From NCBI GenBank assembly GCA_008690995.1, contig VRMN01000001.1, positions 3,038,001 to 3,102,000 of the forward strand: 64,000 nt of DNA, given 5' to 3'. Each line of letters opens with the position of its first letter. Within the stretch, counting starts at the first letter, position 1. The stretch is from Porphyridium purpureum (taxonomy: Eukaryota). The position numbers and the translations under genes were made by a program. The notes beneath the pieces were generated by a model. It worked only from the letters and a program-made list of their open reading frames with translations, was not told the DNA's origin and did no database searches. This document shows positions 44,289 to 54,400 of the stretch, in pieces.

Positions 44289-44709
44289 TGTTACCAATGC
44301 TGTGCCTTTTACTCTGCTTCTTCTTACCTCTTCTGTCTCCGAGCAAGACCTGACCGGCTAGTCCGGGCAGGCGCGTCGCCTTTTTATACCCTTACTTCCG
44401 CTAGGGACAGCAAGGCGCCAAGAGAAATGACAATGCAAACCATTGGCATTTCTGCGCGCGTCTAGAAGTTTCTGGAACCTCTAGAAGCTTCTAGAAACGG
44501 TTAAACGGTCTGACGGTTTAACGGCTTACCGGTTTCGGATTAACCGAACCGTTCTAGGTGACTGGGGTCGAACGGATAACAGCGCGCGTCTAGAAGGTTC
44601 TGGAACCTCTAGAAGCTTCTAGAAACGGTTAAACGGCTTACCGGTTTAACGGCTTACCGGTTTCGGATTAACCGAACCGTTCTAGGTGACTGGGGTCGAA
44701 CGGATAACA
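44289..44709 (-). repeat. Array junction 3: LTR (44289-44581) + GCGCG + partial LTR (44587-44709)
   Basis: Same structure as junction 1. Confidence 0.95.
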
Positions 44710-44828
44710 TCTCCCCCCCTCTTGGCTCGACGTCTCGGCGAGACTTCAAACTAAGTTGCATTCTTGGCTCGAGGAACCCGCGCTCCGGGAGAAAACCTCT
44801 GCCTAGCAAACTTCTCACAATTCCCAAG

Positions 44829-47800
44829 TCATTCAGAGTCAGACTCTTCGATAATTTTCAACAAGTCTGGCTCAGAATTGGACGCTGGCAGATCGTCGGG
44901 TACTTCTTCATCATTTTCCCCTGCCATGTAGTCTTCGCGTCCATAGTATGGCTTCAGATGTTGGATCGGAAAAACATCATGACAAGCCACACCCTCAGGC
45001 AAAATCACTCGGTAAGCATGCGAGCTTACCTTCTCAATGACAGGCACCGGACCAAGAAACTTTGGTGCCGCCAAATCACTCTTGTTCGGCCGCAGTTGCG
45101 GCGCCGTGACCAACACTTGATCACCAACTTGAAACTCCCGGGCATCCTTGCGTCGATCGAAGAACTTCTGCATTCTCCCCTGGGCTTCGATCAAATTGTC
45201 GCGGACTTCTTCATGGACTTTGCACAGGCGAAACCAGTGCTCCGCCATGTCCTTCGTTTGTCCGTCACGCGCAGGCCTCCACCCTTCGCTCGGTGGAAAC
45301 CAAGGATCCCTTCCATACACCACTTTGAACGGCGCGAATCCAGTGGCACTGCTTGGTGCGGAGTTGTACGCAAACTCGTACAACGGCAAGTCTCGCACCC
45401 AGCCACTATTCGTCGCCATCAACTTGAGCATTTCCCGAATCACGCGGTTCACTCGCTCAGTTTGGCCATCTGTCTGCGGGTGGTTGGCGGTAGACATAGC
45501 CAACTTCATGCCCACCCGCTTGCTCAACTGCTGCCAAAACGTGGACGTAAACAGCGGATCTCGGTCCGACACAATCGACTTGGGGTATCCGAAACGGCTC
45601 ACGACGTGCTTCACGAACAAGTCAGCACAACGTTTTGCTGTCAAGTCCTTGCGCGTCGGGATAAACAGCGCCATCTTCGAATAGCGATCCACCACAGTCA
45701 TGATTGCATCACAGCTGCCTTCGCTCCGAGGCAGCTCCGTCACAAAGTCCATCGAAATGTCGACCCAAGGTCCTTCTGGGATCGACAAGGGCTTCAGCTT
45801 TCCAAACGACCGATTCTCTGACTTTGTCACTTGGCACGCGTGACAAGTCTTCACAAAACGGCTCACGTCTCGCTTCATCTTTGGCCAGTAGAAGCGAGTG
45901 ATCAAAGATGCATACGTCGTGTCGGCTCCACGGTGTCCTGCTGTCGGGATATCGTGGTGGAGCTGCATGACACGCTCTCTGAACTTCCTCGGCACGCAAA
46001 CGCGATTCCTCAAGTACAAGAGCCCAGCTTCGGTTCGAAAACCCTGGTGGGTCGGTAAGTCACCCATCAAAGTACCAAAGTCTGGGTCACTCGAGTACGA
46101 ACCCACGAATGCCTGGAAACCCGCACCAAATTCATCACACCGAACTTGGTACTCTAGCGCATGTAACTCTGGCTTCCTCGACAAAGCATCGGCTACCACG
46201 TTCGACTTTCCCTTCACATAGTCGATCGTGATGTCAAACTCGGCTAAAAAGTCCAGCCACCGTGCTTGCCGGCCATTCAGCTCCTTCTGCGTCATCAAAT
46301 GTTTCAACGCCTCATGATCCGTATGAAGCACAAACTTTGCTCCGTACAGATAAGGTCGAAACTCTCGCAGACAGTGAATGACGGCCATGAGCTCAACTTC
46401 ATAGCTGCTGTACCTGGTCTCTCGGTCCAGCAGCTTCCTCGACGTAAACGCGACCGGTCTGCCTTCCTGTGCCAGCCATCCCCCCACCGCGACTTCGGAG
46501 CGGTCCGTGTACACCTCAAATGGCTTTTCAGGGTCTGGCAAGGCCAACACCGGCGCTTCCGTCAACATCCCCACAATCTTCTTGAAGGCCGACTTGCCTT
46601 CATCTCCCAGCTCGATCAGCTGCTTCTTCGACTTTGCGTTCTGCAACAGCGAAGTCAACGGCGCCACCACGGTAGAGTATCCTTTGACAAACCTGCGAAA
46701 CCAGTTTGTCATTCCCAAAAAGGATCTCAACTCCGTCACCGTCTTTGGCACTGGCCAATCTCTCAAAGCTTCCACCTTCCGTGGATCCATCTTCACGCAA
46801 CCGTTGCCGACAATGTTCCCCAGGTATTCGACTTCAGAAACGAAAAAGCTGCACTTCTTGCGCTTCAAACGATACCCTGCCTTTTGCAAGCGCGACAACA
46901 CTTCCTTCAGGACCTCGCCGTGCGACTGCCTATCCTTGGTAAAGACCAAAATATCGTCCAAGTAGACAATGACGGTCTTGTCCAGCAGATCTGCAAACAG
47001 CTCGTTCATGGCCCTCTGAAAAGTTGCCGGCGCGTTGCAAAGACCAAACGGCATCACACGGAACTCGAACTGTCCGTACCTGGTCTGGAACGCGGTCTTC
47101 GGCACGTCCTCTCTCCGAACACGCAACTGGTGGTATCCCGATGCCAAATCCAACTTTGAGAAACAGTGAGCTGCGCCCAGTCGATCCAGCAACTCATCCA
47201 TGTTCGGCAACGGATACCGGTCCTTCACAGTTGCGTCGTTCAACGCCCGATAATCAACGCACATCCTCATGCTGCCGTCTTTCTTCTTCACGAACAGCAC
47301 GGGTGCTCCAAACGGGCTCTGACTCGGCTGGACGAATCCCTTGTCCAGCAAGTCATCCAAAGTCTCTCGGAGGACTTTCAATTCCGCAGGGCTCAGTCGG
47401 TAGACCCTGCCCACTCTCACAGGCTTCTCATCTTTCAGCCTAATCACATGCTCCACTGTTCGGCTCTCAGGCAGCCCACGTGGCTCCTCGAACAGATTTT
47501 CGAAATCTTGAGCATCTTTCTCACAGAGTCAGCTTCTTTGCGCTCCACTGAACAGGGCTCCTCCCTTCCTTTCAGCACGCCGAGGTAGCACTCTTCTACC
47601 TCCTGACTCTTCAACAGCCGACGGAGCTCTTTCCGTGGCACCAGCATCTGCGTCATGCTCCAGGCCTTCTTCTCTCCGTAGGCCAACATGCCAGACTGCC
47701 AATCAATCACTGGGTTCTCCCGCTTCAGCCACTCCATGCCCAAGATTGCGTCTTGTCCCGCAATCCGGCAAATGGCAAAGTTAGCGGCCCCTGAGTACCC

Positions 47801-49012
47801 ATCGCTCAGTTCAAACTTGACATTGGAAACTTCTCCGGCTGTTTCCAATACAGACCCATCCGCTAGGGTCACATGATCTCTCTTCCACGACGCCTTCTGC
47901 TTCAGGCCGTCGGATTTCTGCACAAAGTCCACGCTCATGAAGTTGTCCGTCGCGCCACTGTCAATCAAAAACGTGGCCTCTCCGTCGGACTTGTGCACTT
48001 TTCCTCGAACTCGAAGAAGCATGGCAGCTCCCATCCCTCCAAGTTCCTTGATCACGGGCTGATTTGCGCTCGAGTTTCGCCCACAAGGTTTCGGACAGCC
48101 AGACCTTGGCTTACCAAGGCCACCACAGCGGTCTTCATTGCCGCCCCTAGAGGTCTCGTAACGTCTGCGAGCCTCCTTTCCCTCTGACTGTCCGAGGAAC
48201 CTCTTTACTCGAGCTCCTCGTTTTTTTGACTCCAGCGAGTCTCCCTCCAGCTGCTGGATAGTCTTCCTTGCCTCGGGACACTTCCTCGCGATGTGTCCCG
48301 GCCTTCCACAATTCCAGCATTTGAGCTCGGTACGAACACGCCTCTGACCCTGCACATGTCCCAGCTCCATCGGGACAGGTCCTTCCTGCGCTGCACGACC
48401 GAAAAATGGCGTCCTCACACTTGAATCACGCACGCCGCGGGTCGCATGAATGGCGTCGTCCACGACCACCGCCACCTGCGCAGCCTCCGCGAACGTACTC
48501 ACTCCTCGCTTGTACACTTCCAAGCGGACCTCGGGCTTCAGACCCCTCACAAAGCGGTCCATCATTTCTGCGTCCGACAAGTCCGGAATCACAAGTGCCG
48601 CGTCCTGAAAAGCCGCCACATACGCATGGGCCGGGCCTTTCTGCGAAAGACGCGTCAACTTGTCCCTTGCACGCCTGATCGAATCCTGCGGCGTGAACCG
48701 AGCACTCACGAGGGCAGCAAAATCATTCCACGTCGTGGGGACCTCCTGCGGGTAGCGTTCACAGTTTAGAACCCACCAATGAAGCGCCTCTCCCTCGAAA
48801 TAGTCTGATGCCAAGTCCACAGCACGCCTCTCCGCAAGCAGACGTTTCTCCAAATCGTCCGGGTGGATGCTCTCCAACAGCCGGCCCAAGATCTTCTTTC
48901 TCGCCTGGAACAACCACGTCTTCACAACCAGAAGGTCCCTCTTCCCGTCGAACCTCATCAGACGGGCCTCCTTCGGGCCACGTGGTCCCAGCGTCTCCGA
49001 ATCAATCTCCAT
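44829..49012 (-). pseudogene. Gypsy unit 4 gag-pol with two 1-nt indels
   Basis: An extra base in the slippery run (7 T at 48221-48227) fuses gag and PR in frame. A 1-nt deletion near 47507 separates RT-RH-IN (44829..47456). Confidence 0.75.
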
Positions 49013-49579
49013 GCTTTCTGGACACAAGCACGCTCAACGATCACGACAACACGAACAGCAAGCCTCCGATGCTCACTTTCTCCAACAGCTGCGCGCGCCA
49101 CGAACGGGCTCGGTCGCCCTCACGAACACAAATCGACACACGAAGCGGTCCTCTCACGCACACACACGCACGGCAATCCTCTCACGCACACACAACAAAG
49201 CACACAGCAATCCTCCTCTGTTGCGCTGGATGGGGAGCGGCCCGGGCCTTTGCACTGGGGCGGGGATTATAGATGCGATCTTATATGGAGGTGTTCGGCG
49301 CCTACCTTCGCAAAGGTGGTCGTGCGACACTAGGATAAATCCTAGTGAAGGCTGACCGTTACGGCTCTTGCCTACTAATACGTGCTAAGGCAGAGAGCGA
49401 GTCCGCCGTCAAGGCCTAGGCCTATCGTACAGCCAAGACTGAGACCCGCTTCCACCCGTCGCACCCTCCGGATCGACTTACTCGAACCCCCTTACCCGCA
49501 GACTCTCCCACCCAGGCAACCCCAGAGAAACTCTAAGAGAACCTTAGAGCAACCCCAGGTAACCAGCGATGATACCAAA

Positions 49580-49873
49580 TGTTACCAATGCTGTGCCTTT
49601 TTACTCTGCTTCTTTTTTTCTCTTCTCTCTCCGAGCAAGACCTGACCGGCTAGTCCGGGCAGGCGCGTCGCCTTTTTATACCCTTACTTCCGCCAGGGAC
49701 AGCAAGGCGCCAAGAGAAATGACAATGCAAATCATTGGCATTTCTGCGCGCGTCTAGAAGTTTCTGGAACCTCTAGAAGCTTCTAGAAACGGTTAAACGG
49801 TCTACCGGTTTAACGGCTTACCGGTTTCGGATTAACCGAACCGTTCTAGGTGACTGGGGTCGAACGGATAACA
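49580..49873 (-). repeat. Host gypsy 5' LTR (294 bp)
   Basis: TG...CA termini, adjacent PBS at 49566-49577, followed by the GAATC TSD. Confidence 0.95.
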
Positions 49874-49878
49874 GAATC

Positions 49879-50423
49879 AAAACCTGTGGTGGAAATTCGT
49901 CCTGTTGGAGAAATTTGTTCTCCCGTCCTTGCTGGAAAGAGCAAGGACGAAGGGTATAAAAGGACGAAGGGGCAAGCTGGTTCCCGGGAATTTCCAGGTC
50001 AAGGTAGAAGAAGAGGTAAGGGCAAATAGAATAAAAAGAGAATTGGTTAGTTGGATTGAGGCAGTCGTTGGAAGACTTGGGTTGGATTTGCGGGAGAGGC
50101 ACGCTAGCGTGTTGTGCGAGCGGATATCGGTCTGGAGTGTTTTTAAAAAGGCAGCTGGGGTTTAAACGTACCTTCCATCACCCTTCACTTGTCAAGACCG
50201 GTCCACTCCCTCTCGTAGTCCCCTATAAGTTGAATTTTCTGTCCTCTCTTCCTTTCTAGCCACTTTTCTCTGATTGTCCTGCTTGTCCTTCCGTTCGTTT
50301 CGGTGTGTCGGTTCGTCGTCGGTTTGTCAGTTTCCGGGGTGTGGCGGTTTCCAGTTCCTGTTATCGGTGAAGCGGTCCGGTTTTGTTGATTCGGTTACAA
50401 AGCAGAAAGGGAGAAATTCCAAG
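49879..50423 (+). repeat. Outer element 5' LTR, right part (545 bp), containing a TATA box at 49955
   Basis: Matches 54843-55387. The only mismatch I spotted is 49986 G versus 54950 A. Confidence 0.95.
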
Positions 50424-50435
50424 TGGTATCATCGC
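50424..50435 (+). promoter_or_regulatory. Primer binding site TGGTATCATCGC (initiator-Met-tRNA-like)
   Basis: Immediately follows the 5' LTR. The same 12-mer is the gypsy PBS. It resembles the common iMet PBS TGGTATCAGAGC. Confidence 0.8.
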
Positions 50436-50452
50436 CCGGTTGTTTGGAGAAA

Positions 50453-51400
50453 ATGGAAAGCCATGAAATGGAAATGAATGTCCCGCAGGAGAATGCGGCA
50501 TGGATTGAGGCAGCTAATCAGCTGCATGCGCGCATTGCGGGACAGGAGATGATGATGGCACAAGTGCAGGAAGCGAATCGTAACCTCCATGAAATGATGC
50601 ATGTTTTGTTGCGCCAGCAGACCGTGGCGTCTGGGTCTGGTGACAACGATCGTGCCATGGCCGCGTTAATTGGGCGCAGTTTGAGAAAGTTTGATGGTCA
50701 GCGTGACAAGCTCGTTGTCAATGAATGGCTGATGCGAATGAAGAGCGACCTGGATATCTGCATGCCCGCAGATGCTTTGGACTCGCAGAAAGTGATTGTT
50801 GCAAGTCGCTTTTTCGAGAGGGACGCAGCGCTGCTTTGGGCAGCTCGTCCGGAGGAGCAGAGAAAGGGCCTTGCAGAGGCCGGATGGGATGCGTTCGCAA
50901 ACTTCGTGCGCACAGCGTTTGAGCCGCCGCAGGCGCATTTGACAGCGCGCACCAATCTGTATCAGTTGAAGCAAGGGAAAATGACGGTCGCAGAATTTGA
51001 GCAGAATCTCAGGATGACAGCGTTATCAGTTGAAGATGTGACAGATGCAGAACTGAACACCATCTTCACGCTGGGCTTGAAGGAGAAACTGCGTATTGAG
51101 GTGGCCCGTCAGGACACAAGGACCTTGGAAGAATCACTGAAAGTTGCGTTGGCAGCTGAGCAGGTTGCAAAGTTCGGAGGAGATATGAGTCAAGTGATCA
51201 AGAACTCGTCATCGACTCATAGCAGGGCGTTCTCGTCGCATTCTGGTAGCGCACCAATGGATTTGGGAGCCATGGACAAGCGGAAGTCTGGCAAGACCAA
51301 AGTGAAGTGTTACCATTGTGGAGAACGTGGACACATTAAGCCCAAATGCCCTAAATTGAAGGAGCGCTTGGCAGGTGGTCCGCCAGAGCCGGAAAACTAA
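50453..51400 (+). CDS. gag: Outer element gag (Ty3/gypsy-type)
   Basis: KFDGQRDKLVVNEWL, LYQLKQG, FTLGLKEKLR, APMDLG and CCHC knuckle CYHCGERGHIKPKC. Confidence 0.9.
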   Translation: MESHEMEMNVPQENAAWIEAANQLHARIAGQEMMMAQVQEANRNLHEMMHVLLRQQTVASGSGDNDRAMAALIGRSLRKFDGQRDKLVVNEWLMRMKSDLDICMPADALDSQKVIVASRFFERDAALLWAARPEEQRKGLAEAGWDAFANFVRTAFEPPQAHLTARTNLYQLKQGKMTVAEFEQNLRMTALSVEDVTDAELNTIFTLGLKEKLRIEVARQDTRTLEESLKVALAAEQVAKFGGDMSQVIKNSSSTHSRAFSSHSGSAPMDLGAMDKRKSGKTKVKCYHCGERGHIKPKCPKLKERLAGGPPEPEN

Positions 51401-51452
51401 GACCTCGAGAGCCAAGACAGGAGGAGATCTCGAGGGGAATGGAGCCTCCTGT
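51391..51452 (+). promoter_or_regulatory. -1 frameshift cassette: G_GAA_AAC + 5-nt spacer + predicted H-type pseudoknot
   Basis: Stem 1 CCTCGAGA (51403-51410) / TCTCGAGG (51428-51435). Stem 2 ACAGGAGG (51417-51424) / CCTCCTGT (51445-51452). The -1 frame is open into pol. Confidence 0.8.
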
Positions 51453-54400
51453 AATGGGTGTTGTGGAAGGTGTTGCGCACGAGGGTGCGAGGTCAAGGCT
51501 CTTCTACAAACATGGGAAAGTGAGTGGTTCAAAAATCGACTTCTTGATTGACAGTGGAGCGTCGCATAATTTCCTGGGGTCCCGATTCTTGGACGCAAGC
51601 GTAAAGTCCAGTTGCGATGAATGCATGGTCGAGCTTGCGGGAGGACAGAGAATGAAGGTGCACGGCCCCATTGTGCTTGCGGTGGACCTCGGTTTCTGGA
51701 TAGGGAACGTCGAGTTTTATATCGGTCCCATTCGTATGGATGCCATCTTAGGGTGGAAATGGCTCAAGATGGTGAATCCTAAGATTGATTGGCAGAAGGG
51801 ACTGATGGAAACGAGGCCCGAGGGGAAGGAAATATGCACGTTGGAAAATGTTGAAGAAGTGGTTCCCGAGCTTGACGGGAAAAATCAGAGCGTGGCTGCT
51901 TCGGAACACGAGTTGACTCACATGCCTATGCAAAGAGACTGTGAGACGTGTGTCGTGGCGAAGATAAAGCGACGCCCGGCCCGAAGGCTGGAGAAAGATG
52001 TCAGTGCATTGTCATTCAATGATGAAGTCGGAATTGACTTGGTGGAGCCTGGGCGAAATGTGAAGTCGGTAGATGGTTCAAAGTTTATTTTGACGCATAT
52101 CGACAGAGCCACAGGATGGGTGACATTGGCGGGGCTACGTGCGAAAACCCACACGGCGGTTGCGGACGCTTGGAAAAGTGTGCAAGCCGGGAGAGGATGG
52201 CCGAAGGTTTTGCGAACGGATGATGGGAATGAGTTCAAGGGAGATGTGGGGAGACTGGTGCGTGAACACCTCATAAAGCACGAGGTGGGGATTCCGTACA
52301 GGCCAAACAGTCATGCTGAACAGGAGCGGTTTCACCACACGCTGAATCAGGGAATCCGTGCGAATCTTGTGCAGGCCGGACTCGGGAAGCGTTGGTTCAT
52401 GCACGCCGCGCAGCATTTTGCGTTCATGACGAATAGACTTCACGTGGGCAGGAAGTCTGGAAAGACGCCGTTTGAATTACGACATGGTGAAAAATGGTCG
52501 CCGAGAAATCTTAGTTTGCCATTCGGGTGCAAGGTGGTCTACAAAGATGATCAGCCTGACAATAAGTATGCACCGCGAGGAAAAGTTGGCATTCTCGTCG
52601 GCGTTGGAGAGCATCCGATGGCAATTTTGGTGCTTCCTCGGGATGACTGGACGAGTGAGACCCCAAAAGTAATTCGCACTCAGGATTTTAAGGCATTTAC
52701 CCATGAGTTCCCTTTAAAGGGAATTGAACGAGAGATGGTGAGCCTGAGCCAGCAGGAAGAGTTGCCAGAAGTGGACGAACCATCCGCGGTTGAAGCGGTG
52801 CAGGACTTGGATCGTCGTATCGATGCTCTCAGAGCTAGAGAAGCGGAGCTTGAGAAAGAGATCGAGGCATTGAAAGTGAGAGTGGTTGACGAAGAACGGG
52901 CAGCAGGCACGGGTGGTCCAGTGACGATCCCACAGTTGAACTTAACGGCTTTGCTGAAAACTGGAGCGGCGTTGGCGTCTGAGCAAGGACGAGCCGCGAT
53001 GGAAAAAGAAGTCAAATCCATGCTGAAATTTGGGGTATGGGATGAGAGTCCCTTGACGCTGGAGGAGGCCCGGAGGCAACCTGGTGCTCGTTTCGTACGC
53101 ACACATTTCATTTTCGGTCTGAAATTTGCTGAGATGCCGGAAGAATTTCGCAAGGTGAAGTGCCGCTTGGTGGCCGGGGGAAACAGGATATGGGGGTCCG
53201 ATGGAGCTGCGACGAATGACATTTTTGATTATGAGACGCCTGCTGGTTTGTCAGCTATCCGAATGATAATAGCTGTGGCTGCAATTCTGGGCCTTCAGAT
53301 TGTTAGTTTCGACATCAGCTCGGCATACCTCCATGCGGACCTGTCTGGGCCACCTACGTTTGCATACTTACCGCGTGAAATTTGTGATTCAAAAGACACA
53401 GTAGTCAGGCTGAGAAAGGCGCTGTATGGCTTGCCCAGGAGCGGCTCGGATTTCTCACAAGATGCTCGGAGGAGATTGCAAAAGTTCCAGTGGAAGCTCG
53501 TGCATGGTGAAAAGAATGTGTACGTCCGGAGAAATGCTGCAAGTTCGTCAGTTGCGTTGTTGGCTCTGTACGTGGATGATGGTCTATTAGCCTGTCGAGA
53601 GGAGGAACGCCCAGGAATCATCGAAGAATTGAAACAAGAGTTTCTCATAGAAAAAGCACCAGAACTATTGACGGAAGGAGGATCCTTGAGATTCCTGGGG
53701 ACGAGCATTTCCCTCAAAAATGGGAGCGTGAGTTTGGCGAATCAAGAGTATCAAGATGTGGTCATTCGGGAATTTGAGCAGGATATTAGACGCGTATTGC
53801 GTGCCGTGAAGTCACCATCTGAGAAGCTAGATGGCGAGGAAGTTCTGAATTATCAAGTCATCTGGAAGACTTTGAAAGTAAGAGAACACGTCGGGAGGCT
53901 GATGTGGCTCGCCAGAACGGTTCGACCTGATATTGCGTATGCAGTCGGTATGATTGCCCGGTACGTTGACAAGTGGAATGTGGCAGCAGAAAGGCTGCTC
54001 GTACGAGTCGTGCAGTATTTGAAAACACCTCGGGAAGCATTGGAGTATCACGTGTTGGGGAATCTCAAGGAAGGCATCAGAATGGTGAACATTCTTGGAT
54101 ACACGGATGCTGACTTTGCTGGTTGTCCAGAGAGTCGTGTGTCGACTTCTGGAAGAGCAACGTACTTAGTTGCTGGAGATTACAAGTACCTAGTGGATTG
54201 GTCTTCAAGAAAGCAGCGTTTCGTGAGCTCGTCGACTTCAGAGTCGGAGCTGGCCGCCCTAGAGGAAACTGTGCAACTCTCGTTGTTTCCTGCATTGTCT
54301 TTCTTGCGAAGTATACGTGACGGAGAGTTCTCGGTGATTTTGATGTGTGACAATCAAGCTGTGATGCGAGCAATAGAGATGGGGTACTCGCCAAAGTTGC

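Larger units (their letters stand above)
28369..49873 (-). mobile_element. Ty3/gypsy nest and tandem array (4 internal domains) bounded by a single GAATC TSD
   Basis: Begins TGTTACC at 28369 and ends ATAACA at 49873. GAATC at 28364-28368 and 49874-49878. Period 5293/5292/5291 bp. Confidence 0.96.

Noticed and set aside
29081..49355. Recurrent plus-strand ORFs (e.g. 287, 297 and 178 aa) inside the gypsy units as antisense genes
   Set aside because: They are shadows of gag/pol, recur only because the units are near-identical, show no motifs, and some are broken in individual units.
28369..49873. Four independent side-by-side gypsy insertions, or a simple shared-LTR array
   Set aside because: There is a single outer TSD, and each junction is LTR + GCGCG + partial LTR with a matching orphan half-LTR at 28369-28539. 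Nesting followed by amplification fits better.
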